Source of the DNA: Dicyema japonicum
Taxonomy: Eukaryota; Animalia; Dicyemida
Assembly: GCA_011109175.1 (NCBI GenBank)
Contig: RDEW01000014.1
Coordinates: 1,226,143 to 1,290,142, forward strand
DNA length: 64,000 nucleotides
Reading direction: 5' to 3'
The notes below the pieces were generated by a model. That model was given only the letters and a program-made list of their open reading frames with translations. It was not told the origin of the DNA and did no database searches. This document shows positions 13,086 through 25,139 of the stretch, piece after piece. The stretch's first letter is position 1. Each line of letters starts with the position of its first letter. The position numbers and the translations under genes were made by a program.

Positions 13086-13865
13086 TTGAATGGTTATTGA
13101 TGAAAATTAATAGTAAATCTTTTCATTCTATGTTATTCAAATGTTTAAAAGACCCGACTGTTGAAATTGCTTGGGGATGGCTTGCAAGAGGGAATAATAG
13201 TCTAAGAGCCGAAGCTTTGTATTGTTTATACAAGACCGAAATTTGTTCTTTGAAAAAAGGATCGATTTGCAATCATTGTAAATCTGCCAAAAATGGCAAA
13301 AGGATGTTAAATAGTGATTACATACGACGTCACAATGAGGTGGTGGGATGTCTTCATTTAAACCTGTGTCGTAAATATGGAATCACATATTCAAAGAAAC
13401 TGAAGACTCACTCAGTCCAATCAATAATAACAACTGAGAATGTTAAAATCTGAGTCGATACGACGCTAATTGCGGATGTCAAAGTGCAGCATAACAAGCC
13501 GGACATATTTGTTTTNGATTCCATATGCGGAATTGACATTGTGAGCTCCTGAAGTATCTCGGAACAGCTTTTGAGAAATCTCGGAGCACATTGTGCGATT
13601 TTAAACTCAAAAGGAAGAAAGCCCACCAAGCAAAATTGTGTATGAGGAAATTGAGACTCGAAACGGATATGTTTTTATTTATTTTTTCACGTGCGATCAT
13701 TCCATCACTCCTTTATGGACAGGAAAGATGCTATTACACTGCATACAAAGAGAGTTTTATCTTGCTTCTCGAAAAATTGAGGAGATCAGCAAGATTGCCC
13801 TATACAAAAGGCTCGACGAGACGCTAGATGAAGATGAAATTTGCTAGTATTGTCGAAAAGGGATG
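13086..13865 (+). mobile_element. R4/Dong-like (restriction-like endonuclease) LINE 3' fragment
   Basis: CNHCK..YIRRHNEVV..HSVQS..HNKPDIFV motifs; decayed. Confidence 0.75.
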
Positions 13866-13989
13866 GAAATAGAGCATGGGTGACCAGTTATATTTTTATA
13901 TATATTATATATTATAACGCACAACGTCTTGCCATTGGAAATGATAAAACCAGTGCAGTACCAAACCTTAATTTTTTAGTTAATTTTCT

Positions 13990-14820
13990 CCACTTTCCAC
14001 GATCCTGAGCCAAATCCCTCAAGTAGTCCAGGTCATCTCCCGTAGTTAGAGATAATCCTATTCTCTTCAGGTCTCATGCATTGTCGTGGCCAGTGATGCT
14101 CTCGGACGTCCTCGGAACTTCACCTCCTCGGTTTGGAAGTATTCCTCCATGGCAACATTAGCTGGAGTTTCGATATTTCCCCGTATGCTCTAACGAAATT
14201 CCATGATGTCGGTTTAGAAGAGTAAACCGTAATAGAGTATAGTTCTTGACTTCTTGTTCTCATAGTATTGTTCTTGACTTCCAGCACGAATGAATCTTCC
14301 GTAGTTGTCCCATATGGAAGGAGTTTAGTTTTTCAATGTCATTTAGGGTTAATGACCAAGAACTTGCATTATATAGGAGTATTGGTTTGACTAACGAATT
14401 GTATAGTCGAGTTCTGATCTCTCGATTCAAGCCCTTCTTTCTTAGAAACCAATTTCTTCTCAAGTTGTATAAGGCCGTATTTGCTTTAATCTTTCGTGCA
14501 ATGATGTCTTCTTTATCTCCAAGCAGGGATCCCAGCATTTTAACTTTTAGCCAATGCTCTTCCAGAATAGATTCCTTCCTCATCAAAGTTGTCAGCTCTG
14601 TCTTGTCTTTGTTGATATTTAGTGACCATTTTTCGAATACTCTTGGTGCCGTCTCGAGTAATCCCAATAGGGCCTCCCCATTTTGCGAGACGAAGTCCAC
14701 ATCATCTGCATAAGCTATGATGCTAGTTCCCTCCACAATAAAAGGCTTGAGATCCCGTAGCGCAGACTCAAGATATGCAACAAAGAGGAGAGGAGACAAT
14801 GGATCTCCTTGTGGAGTCCA
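13990..14820 (-). mobile_element. RTE-clade LINE 3' fragment
   Basis: ORF 14260-14799 (SPLLFVAYLESALRD, YADDVDF, LGSLLGD, RLYNSLVKPILLYN). Confidence 0.88.
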
Positions 14821-15094
14821 GTATTTGTCGAAAATGGCATGGCTTGAGTATTTCCAATTTTAACAGTTATTTGTGTTTCAGCCATTGGTTAATAACTTTG
14901 ACAACGAATTGTTCCATCAAAAATTTGTTATTAATGGACAATTGTCCAGCTCATTGTATAAAATCCAAATTGGAAAACATTCAGATATTATTTTTTCCTA
15001 AAAATAGTACAGCCTTAGTACAACCTATGAACATTGGAATCATTAAAACATTCAAAGTTCATTTAATAGACATAAGTTGTTATAACACAACTAT

Positions 15095-16375
15095 TGGCTA
15101 CAATCGCAAAATATCTTGCCTCTAAATATGCAATTGCCGACAGGGAAAGCATGGATATTAAGTCCCTCAAGGACACTCAGAAAAAAATATTTATTAAATA
15201 AAATTTATTGCAAAACACTACACTCTATTATGTTCAAATGTATTGATGAAACAAATGTCGACCTATATACTTCCTCAGAATGGATATCCAAAGGAAATAA
15301 CGGCCCACGGAGCGAAGCATTGTACTGTCTTTTGCAAGATAGGAATTTGTTTTTTGCACACACAGGGTCATTATGCAACCATTGTAAAAAAAGCGAGAAA
15401 ATTGTTGATAATTTGGCCACTCAGTGTGGTAAAATGCTAAATAGTGATTATCTCCGAAGACATAATGAAGTGGTAAAGTGCATCCATCTTCATCTTTGTC
15501 GAATTTATGGAATCAAAAGAAGCAGGAAATTGAAAGGACATTCGGTTCAGTCAATATTGACGAATCAAAATGTCGAAATTAGAGTTGACACGTCGATTAT
15601 TACATAAACAAAAGTCCAATACAATAAACCTGATATTTTCGTGTATGACAAAATAAAGAAGGAAGTAACGTTAATTGAAGTGGGGATTACCTCACAAGAC
15701 CGACTAAAGCAAGTTGAAGTTGAGAAACTTCACAAACATGACTTGCAAGCAAATGAACTTTCGCTGCTCTATGAATGCCAAGTGAAGATTATTCCAGTGG
15801 TTTTGACGTGGGATGGAGCTGTGTCAAGATGCTTCAAGAATCATATGGATAAATTATCTATTGAAGAATCNAGTGGGGATTACCTCACAAGACCGACTAA
15901 AGCAAGTTGAAGTTGAGAAACTTCACAAACATGACTTGCAAGCAAATGAACTTTCGCTGCTCTATGAATCCCAAGTGAAGATTATTCCAGTGGTTTTGAC
16001 GTGGGATGGAGCTGTGTCAAGATGCTTCAAGAATCATATGGATAAATTATCTATTGAAGAATCAACGAGGACTTACATCCAATCGGTTGTGCTGAAGAAA
16101 ACGCTCGAAAGTATGCTCATTGAACATAAGCATGGGATGAAGGTATACGATGAAGAGTACGCCTCTGCTACCTCCCAACTTGTAGAATTGGCATGCCGTG
16201 AGAACAGCCCACTGAACTCCAACGGAGATATTTTGACTGAATCTGATGTGGAGATGCGGAGTAACAGGGAGGTTATGGCACACTATTCTTCTAAGAGAAG
16301 AAGAGGGAAAACCAACAATCTGGATCAAAATACGCTTAATTAGTTGATTTACTCGTTATTATTATATTATTTATT
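15095..16375 (+). mobile_element. R4/Dong-like LINE 3' part (CCHC finger and PD-(D/E)XK endonuclease)
   Basis: CNHCKK..LATQC..YLRRHN; KPDIFVYDK..LIEVGI..EVEK; AT-rich (TTA-like) tail. Highly similar copy at 60590-61650. Confidence 0.85.
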
Positions 16376-17159
16376 AAGTTCAATACCATGAAAATGAAGC
16401 GATAATTAATGAATTGACGAAATGGTGTTATCGGAGAATTCTGAAATGGAAATTTTCATTGATGAAGACGAAATGATGAGTTCTGAAAAAGAAGACGAAA
16501 TAATGATAGAGGTACTTGAACTTAAAACAGACTGAGATTTCAAATGCACTATATCTGATTAAACAAAAAATAATAAATAATGTCAAAAATGATTTCCGCT
16601 AATAGAAGATGCACTCAAAATAATATTTTAAAATTAAATGAAAGCTTGGGTTAAAATATTACTTTTATAAAAAAATTGACCAAAAATCATTCAGGAACAA
16701 ATTTGGGCCAATTTAAGGTATCTACTGTATTTGTGAACATTTTAGGCAAATACGTGTGGTCATTTGTTATTAATGACCAAAAAAACCCTAACTAAAAATC
16801 CCCCCAGTTAATGACTTTCTTTCACTGTCCTTAACCAATCAGGAGCTCATATTGTGCTCACAAAATAAGTAACTTTTTTTGCTTACTAAAAGTCGCAATG
16901 TGCCCAATTTTTTAGCACCGAAAGAATCTAGTTACCGGGTTCCTGTAGTATTCAAAACGATTTTTTGTAAAAAGCCAAACAGAATGCCTATCTCCATAAA
17001 AAAGCTTACATTGAAATCCAAGACTCTACTTTAAAAATTATTCTGTTGTAAGTTGAGGTGCTTTACTTGTATTATTTTTGTTAATTTTTCTATATATCAT
17101 TTTGTGATTCCATCCGTAAATGTCAGTATATCTTTTCGGTTAATTTGTAATAATAAAAA

Positions 17160-18145
17160 ACCATATTTACAGTAATTCATATTTAAAACTGCCATCCATC
17201 CAAAGTGGACCCCGCCGACATTATCGACGTTGCGTTGTCTCTCACGATTGCAACAGAGATCAACTGAAGTAGCCACCGGGTCTCACGTGCGTCGTGGCTA
17301 TTTAGTGTAGCTAAGCGTCCAAGTTTCTTTAGAAAGCGAAGCGATTTTCCACTTATTCCTCCAGTTGTCTCGACCACTATCGGATAAAACGCGAATCGGT
17401 GGCGTAGCACTTCGTATTTCTTCTCCTTTGCCCTCATCGTTTTTTCCGCGAAATACAGTGTGTATACCGCGCTCCCGAAAATGTTGGACGGGCAAAGCGT
17501 GTCGACACAAGTAGCGTCCCAGACCAAAGGTTTCCCCTCTTCGAATGGGAAAATTGTGATCCCGTCGGGACGTTTTCCGTCTCCTCTATCCAGACCAACA
17601 GGTTCTAGTATGGATCGGTATCCCGCAGACTTCAGGGCTCGCTTGACAATTCCGTTGATCGCCTTGTGTTTTGGGAATCGTCCTGCACTCCTTCTACAAG
17701 AGAGGGCATGGAGTCGATAACAATCGACGGTTGCGCCACATCGGCATTTGTGGGTCCTGCAAATCTCCAGTCCAAGTCTGGTGGAGATGCCGATGCGGAC
17801 AGTATCGTCGTCAAGATGGGTCCCGACACTGCCAACTGGGAGTGCATTGATCCATGCGCCGCTCGATTCGCATCTTCCAGTGACTAGACAGGCACGTCTG
17901 TGTTGGTTTGATTGGTTCATTATCCTCGCAGATGGTTCTGTAACGATTTTTCTGCTCAGGCATCATCCCCTTCAAATGCTCCATCTCAGTGATTTCAGAT
18001 GATTCTGTTTGGAGTTGGAGAATCATCCTGACCAGCAGTCGGCTGGAGCCCAAAGAGGATAGATAAGCAGGGCAATCCAGATCTTTCGTTGAAGCGATTC
18101 CCAGTCCGCCCAGGCTAGCGGGTAGGGTCGCTCGGTCCCACCCTT
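17160..18145 (-). mobile_element. CRE-clade-like LINE 3' part (zinc finger and restriction-like endonuclease)
   Basis: ORF 17183-17920: CRCGATVD..HALSC..H..IN..EPVGL..DGKRPDGITIFPF..LVWDATCVDT..EKKY..VET. Confidence 0.82.
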
Positions 18146-18273
18146 ATTTGTAATTGAATACAAATTATGTATAAACTGGTTTCTAATATAGGCGTGGTGT
18201 TATTATCTTAAATATTAGTGGTGTTAGAGCACAAGTTTAATGTCATACTATTAATTCTTAAAATAAACAAATT

Positions 18274-19640
18274 TTAATGTTTAGATATTAAACGCTTAAA
18301 AAACTTCTTATTTGAATACTTCTTTTCATCCATATCCTCACCCAAAGTGGTCATCTCCGTCCTTTGGTCGTCCATCCTTGTGAGTTGCATTCTATCAAGC
18401 AGTTCATTTAGTTTGGAGACCTCAGATTCATTACCAGCTTTTACTGAAGGGGGAGACACTCGCTGGTCGTTCAATCTACCAACTTCAATCCGCTCAATTA
18501 AATTCCCCAACGATTCATTTATCAACGGCTGAGACTTCAATTCTTCCAACCATATCCTCGACTTCTCGACTACATCCTCACCGCAGAACATCTTGGCATG
18601 CTCAGTGTGTTTTTCTGCATAGTAAATAGCTTCCCTCCGCTTTCCCAAACATTGGAAACACTCACTAATAGACATGGAAGTAGCCACAACGGTTGCATGG
18701 TCCTCCTTTACTATAGATTCAGCATATATCGTTTCATGGAGTTCAATTGATCTATCATAGTCCACAGTTAACCAATATGAGTGAGCCAGAGACATGAGAC
18801 CCCTCAATCGAAGGGACCATACAGTTCCAGCCGTACTCAACCCAGTGGTGTACCAGTGGATAGCCTCCTCATAGGCACCACTAAGCAAATGACAGTTCCC
18901 CAAACATAGTTGGACCTTACAGTCTGACACTTCCCCCTCAGAGTAATCCAGTCGCTATAATTAACCCAAATATAACCATTTTATAGAACTTCTCTGCGAT
19001 CCTATAGTTCTCTGACAAAAAGTGGCAATCTGCAATACAGGTAAAGACCTTTCCCGAGTAATCATCAGGACAGACTTGCATATATGATTTGTAGAAGCGA
19101 ATACTTTTATCAAATAACTCGTTGGACGCATCATTATGCTCACGTCTCAGTTTCTTAGCCATCAAAAAATGGGTTGATGCCAAAATCCATAAAGCCCTTC
19201 CTTTTAGTTCCTAATAGTTAAGAATGTGTAAAACCTTGCTATTGTGAGAATTCGCAAGAGTCAACTGCTGTCTGGCATTGTCAACCGCTTCATCAAACCT
19301 CCCACGTGTCTTTAGAAGGGAAGCTAAGTTTCCCAGAGCTTTGAGTTCTCCGATCGGGTCTTTGATTTTCCTGAAATCGATTTTAAAGGGATTACATATT
19401 CAAGACGAGATCCTCGTTGAAATAATTCAGAGACTGGTCAAATGATTTTAGTCTAAAGTAGCACGTGGCCAGATGATTGTATATTGAACTCTTTAGACGT
19501 TTATTTGAGATATTGTGAGTAAGAGCCTCTTCAAAGTATTTTATGGCTTCTTCAAAGTTTCTCATGCCCATACACTGAGCACCAGAGAACACAAGCTTGT
19601 CACAAATAATATTTTTGGTCATATTTCTAAGCATAAACAT
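18274..19640 (-). CDS. GPSM2: G-protein signalling modulator (LGN/Pins/AGS3-like; TPR repeats and 2 GoLoco motifs), ~431 aa
   Basis: Introns 19371-19395 (25 nt), 19211-19234 (24 nt) and 18955-18976 (22 nt) give an open 1296-nt CDS. TPR segments DPIGELKALGNL and GRFDEA; GoLoco motifs LIERIEVGRLNDQR and LLDRMQLTRMDDQR. Confidence 0.88.
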
Positions 19641-20627
19641 ATTTTAGAAACCACAATTAGACAGATAGATAACAACAAGAAATGATGCAGAAAAAGCGCC
19701 AATATATTATTTAAAATATTTGATAAAATTATTAATAAAACATTTTAAGTTTTTTATTTCTAATAATTTAATGGATTGACGCCGTCATTATTGTTTAATC
19801 ATTGCTGAACTAGATTGTCTTCTGGGATTCGCACACAAACAAACAAAAAAAAACTGCAATTCAAGTACCTTCTCAATGGTTCGGATTAATGTCTTGGATT
19901 AATTACTGCTTTTACTTTTAAAGTGTCAGTTCTGCCTAATATGAGGTTTACATTCCTATACCTTATAGGAAGGGCTGTAAAAAATAATTTAATTATTTAT
20001 GGCTTGCATAATCGCTATTAAAGTCTCACTGGAGAATATTCGGACATAATCTGAGGATAGTTTACCCCTCACCAAATGGAGAATGCAGATTCCTTGGCAA
20101 AAGAATTTTGAGTTTTTGATAAGGTTTTCCACATCATTCGTGCTATCGGTTTTCCTTGAGGAGTTTGAGCATTGTTCGATTTACATGGACGGGAACACTT
20201 TTTTCATGTTAATGTGACTCACTTTTGCTTAGTGGTCCACTATGATATCTCCCTGATGAAATAAATCACGTGGTGTTTGTTTCCTATCAATACTGGTAAT
20301 TGTGTTCATTGTATTTATGTCAACTGAATACCACGTAGGTTACCCCAGAAATCCTTTAGTGTTGTCCGGTGGTTAATTTTGGTGATAAAATTATTCCAAT
20401 TTCCTTTTGTTGATTAATTATGTTATTTCACTATTAAGATTGGATAGTCTGGTCGTAGGGATTCTTGGTTTTTTAGTCGGCGTTTTGTATGAATTTTTTC
20501 GATAATTCCTCTTGGAATGTGTTTCTTGTCAGCACGGCGTCAAGCAATTTGAAATTCTCAACGGAACAGTCGGTTATAAATTTTTATGTTTCTTATCGGA
20601 ATGAATCCCATTTTGCACGTTTGTAAT

Positions 20628-20818
20628 TTATTATAGTTTTTCAGTGCCTAACAATAGGCGAGAGTAGTTAGATTGACAGAAGGATACAATGAGTGTAAGT
20701 CATATACAATTCTCCAGGATATTTTATTATAGTTTTTCAGTGCCTAACAATAGGCGAGAGTAGTTAGATTGACAGAAGGATACAATGAGTGTAAGTCATA
20801 TACAATTCTCCAGGATAT
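20628..20818. repeat. ~96-bp perfect tandem duplication
   Basis: TTATTATAGTTTTTCAGTG...CTCCAGGATAT occurs twice. Confidence 0.9.
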
Positions 20819-21395
20819 CGCCGTAGATAGTGATGGAGAACATAATGTGAGGTCAAAAAATGTATTGGAGTGTCCAGGTCTGAAAGCTGTTCGAGTTTGT
20901 GAATTCCTGTAATTGAGGATACCTAATTGTTATAGTTCATAATGGGACTTTGTGGCGAGATGTAAATATTTACAAATGTGTACCCTGTGTAATTTATTTT
21001 CACCAAAACGGAAGTAAGTTCAATGTGATAGATTTGTGTATAAGATTTTTTTAGATTTGTGTATAAGAACACCGCCTCCCCTGTTTTATTTCGGTCGATC
21101 ACGGCGGACAATTGAGTAGTTTTTGTAATGTGGAAGACTTTCTGGATAGTTTCTTTTCTGGTAGCATGAAAATATCAATTTTGTGGGAAGTTAAAAATGC
21201 AAAAAGTTCAGTTGATTTGTGTGTGAGGCCGTTTATGTTGAATTGCATAATATTGAAGAATTTCCCGTTCTTGTGGGGCCGGAGTTTTGTTCAATGTCCC
21301 CAGCAAAGATTAGGAGTAGCCAATCCGATCTTTGGGAGTGAATGCTATGAGCTCAATAGCCGCCATCATCCAGTACGACTTCCCAGAGGTTGTTG
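20630..21395 (-). mobile_element. Vingi/Ingi-like LINE 5' fragment: structured leader, degenerate 2A peptide, APE endonuclease
   Basis: WLLLIFAGDIEQNSGP (~21275-21322), then IMQFNINGL..IDIF and FVNIYISPQS. Confidence 0.75.
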
Positions 21396-21439
21396 AAGAA
21401 TAAAAAGAGCCATCAATTTCTCCCTACCATTTTGAAGTT

Positions 21440-23460
21440 CCTGTATTAAATCATAAGAAAGAGGATAAAGGTCATCGTTTAATTAAGTGATCCCGGTGTC
21501 CATACCAGACCTTTTCCTGTGGTTAGTTTTGGATCTCCACAGCGGGAAAGGTTTCTTTTCATATCTTGGGCAGGCGTCCATATATAGTTTGATGTGCTTT
21601 ACCATTTTGAGGAAGTCTCGGTGACGTTCCGTAAGGTATGATTGGGGGGACGTTTAGTGTTCTCCGTAGTAACGAAGTGGACGTCATTTTCGACAATCTC
21701 AATAGTATTCTGAGACATAGGTTTTGTAAAACTTCCAGCTTGCTCTGTGCCGATAGTGATAACGGGGCAATCCATGCAGCACAGGCGTACTCGATACTAG
21801 GTAGAACAAATTGTTTGTATATAAGCTCTAACGATAGGCGGGAAGATATTGGAGAGTGCGTGAAAGCTTTGAGAATTCCAATTTTCTTTTGGACTAAGTC
21901 CACTTGATGAGTAAATGTGAGGAGGGGATCCAGGATGACTCCAAGGATTGAAAGCGTCTTCTTAATGGGAAACGGGGAGTCATATAATTTTATTTGTGGT
22001 GTTGCCCATATTTTTTTTTGTGATGAGGTAAACGTCATTACATGTGACTTTCCTGGTGATATATTCAGACGGTTCTTCAGGAACCAAAGACCCATCAGGT
22101 TTAGTAGATCTTGCATAGACCGTGTCGCCTCCTCGATTCTTCGATGTTTAACTGCGACCACGAGATCATCCGCATACGATAAAAATAATTTTGTTTTTTG
22201 TGGTTGGGGATGGGACGTCACATAGGAACATGTTGAAGAGCAATTCCATTTGGAAGGTATCGCGGTTTTGATTTTTGATTATTTGGCACCACTTGGCCCA
22301 TTCGACCGTTGATTAAGTTAGCTAACCATGACTTTAAGTTAGGGTGGATTGACGTAGTAAAAATTTTTGCTGTAAGAATCTTCCGAGATACTGAGTCAAA
22401 AGCCTTCTCTAGATAAGTTGTTGTTGAGTGTCTTTCGCAGAATCCGTGTAGAAAAGATGGTAGATTTATGAAATGACGGATCTTGAGAATGACTAGTTTT
22501 TCTAACACTCGTGATATGGCGCAGATGATGGATACCGGTCGGTAGAAGATATGGCGCAGATAATGGTTGTTTTCTCAGGATATGGTGTATCAGAGATTTC
22601 TTCCATATTGACGGAATCTTGTTCTCGTTTATTGAGAGGTTGAAAATTTGTGTTATTTTGGCCGTCACGGAATGACCCAGGTGTTTCAGTTAGAGAATGA
22701 AGATGTCATCTGAACCGCGGGACGACAAGTTATTCATTTTCCTGATTACTGAGTGGACTGTTGAAGGGTTGAAGAAGTCATGTTGGGAAATTATTCCTTC
22801 GACCATTGCTAGAATGAACATCCATGTCTTTTGAATATGGTTTATGACTAATATTGGGATATGGCTCTTGATGTCCAATTAAATGTGGAGAGCACTTCTT
22901 AAGCCTCCTTATCGATTTACATTATACAGTGAGGGAAGTATTGTTCGTAACTTATCTGAGCAAGGGTTCCCAACGTTCTTTGCTGTGTTTCGTGATGTTC
23001 CGAGTGATTTCTTTGTTCAGTTTTAATATCCTTTCAGTATCGGAATGTATCTTTTGCGATCTCGGAGTATAATCTCATTGAGGTATTCGACAGCAGCGTC
23101 GATAGATCCGAAGTTCTCTATCTGGAAGGTGTATGTGTAGTTCGATAAAAGATGTGAAGGCGGGCCATATTGTCTTTAAAAAGTTCACATTTGTTCTCAG
23201 AGTGTTCATTAACTTATGTTTTTGTAGATCCTCATGAAGATCGGGTTATGGTAGGTATGTAAGTCGTATATAACATCCCATAAAATGACAGCCTCAAGAG
23301 AAGGGGCGGCAAAGAAATGTCTGGTAAAGTAGGGGAGTCGCCTTGACGGGAAGGGGACCTTGTGTGTTTGCTTTGATTATTGAGAGTGATCAAGTCGTCA
23401 AAACTGTCAAATATAGGGGCCCCCGTTGATTCAGTTGTTGGTCACCATGCAGTTAGTTCT
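21440..23460 (-). mobile_element. Vingi/Ingi-like LINE (APE end and RT), degenerate
   Basis: ORFs 22396-22668, 22218-22508 (HGF..STTT..KAFDSV) and 21559-22221 (SYADDLVV, ILGVILDPLLTF); ends in MDTGIT*. Confidence 0.85.
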
Positions 23461-23889
23461 CCCTTTGTAGGTCCTTTCCCCATTATATTATTCCACGGTG
23501 GTCCCAAACCGTCCTGCGGAGACCGATGATGTGGTTAACCACGCTCCATGTAGATCCCAATTCGAATTTAGGGAACAATTAGAGTTGGTACCCCCTGTAA
23601 GTACCAACTCCAGTATGACATCCACAGTAGTCCCAAATCCTGTACGGATCAATGGCCTGGGTAACAAAGTCCCGGGTAGACCCGGATATGAATGTAGGTA
23701 TCAATTGGTGTGGGTACTAGTTCTAACTTGGAAAATATCAGGAGATTTTGACCATTTGGCTGCTGCGTCCCCCAAAAGGTTCCTTCGTTTTTGTAGAATA
23801 TCTGCAGTATGTTTCTCAACCTTCTAGTATATTCCTTCGTCTTGTGGCACCACCTTTTTTTTATTTATATTTTAGATAGATAGATACTT

Positions 23890-25020
23890 TATCAACGTAA
23901 CAAACTTGATTCTAATTAAAAAACTAATTAAAAAAAAGTTTGTCTTGGTTGATGGGGTCTCGTTTAACAAGACACCATATGTCTCCTCTTTGAATAATTG
24001 ACCCCTTTCTTCCAACAAGAATTATTTTTTCAAGTGGTGCAATATTTCCTCAATGGATCTTGCACGTCTCTCATCACTTGGCGGTAATTTAGACTTTAAA
24101 TCATGTCGATATGCCAGTTTAATAGCATATCTCCTCGATTTATTGAGAAGCTCTACAATAGTACTTCTCTCATCACTTTCAAACCATCCTTGGAAGCCAT
24201 AAATCAAAAATGGTTCTATACAAGCTGTATACACATAAAGAAAAGTTTCCGGACTCAATTGAAAACGTAGAAGTGATTTCAACATCGCCGTAGCTTTTTT
24301 CTTCTTTTTCTTGATATAATTAATGAAGGAACCCTTCGAGTTCACACAAACTCCAAGATATTGTAACTCTTCCATCATTTGATCTCTCCAGTATCAATAC
24401 AAATCTTTGATTTGTTCTTGAAATTCACAATCCATGAAGCAGTACATTTTTCAAGAGATAAGGATAAACCGTAATCACGGCACCAGCATTTAATTATTTC
24501 GACATGTGTCTAAACACGTTTCCAGGAAATCGATCTATTAATACTCAGAAAACGTTATTCACTATGTTAGCTTCAACAGCCTTGGGGCATCTCCCATAAT
24601 TGGCAAAGTGGCTGGATGAACTACAATTCACACACGACTCATTATTGTTTGTAACCGGACACTGCGATCTTCTATGTGGCCCAGAACAAACAAGGCATCT
24701 TTCAACATTTTTGCAAAAACGAGCAATATGACCAAACTGTTGACAACGAAAACATTGGATCTCTGGTTTATTGAACCATTCAACTTTTATCTTCAGATAT
24801 CCAATTATCAGTCCAAATCTTACAAGGGATTCAGCCTTATTTCTGTCCGATCTTGTAAGTTTGGCAACAGACAGTCTGATGCCCTGCTTTTCAAATCTTT
24901 CAACCGTAAATTTTTCTCTCAATATCGTTTCCAAGGTATTCTTCCAACTCATTGGTTTCAATCCACGTCGGAAGACCTTTCGAGCATAACTACTGAGAAT
25001 CTCGGCGTAGACCCCCAATA
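23890..25020 (-). mobile_element. Chimeric or internally deleted I/Jockey-like LINE: gag (3 CCHC knuckles) joined to RT C-terminus
   Basis: ORF 24545-25018 CFRCQQFGHIARFC, CLVCSGPH, CVNC..H; ORF 24022-24378 is homologous to the end of 29302-30504. Confidence 0.8.
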
Positions 25021-25139
25021 AACAAGAAATAGATATCGTTGACTAAGGTTTATAATTTGAATTTATATTTTATAACATTAAACTGATAAGGTTGAATTGA
25101 AATATTTATATTTTGAAAATAAAAAACGAAATGAAAAAC

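Larger units (their letters stand above)
12834..16727 (+). mobile_element. pogo/Tigger DNA transposon, internally deleted and interrupted by three LINE fragments
   Basis: TA|CAGTAAAGTC.. left end and ..TCTACTG|TA right end (TA duplication). Pieces 12834-13085, 13868-13900, 14880-15097 (LLLMDNCPAH) and 16378-16727 are colinear with the element at 53604-55300. Confidence 0.85.

Noticed and set aside
15681-16062. Duplicated endonuclease segment (also 62405-62773 and 53160-53390)
   Set aside because: Each duplication is centred on or bounded by an N, indicating scaffold joins.
23954-24005. SECIS element reading of the 3' UTR hairpin
   Set aside because: No consistent AUGA/GA quartet or apical AA across the copies, and it follows a retroelement ORF.
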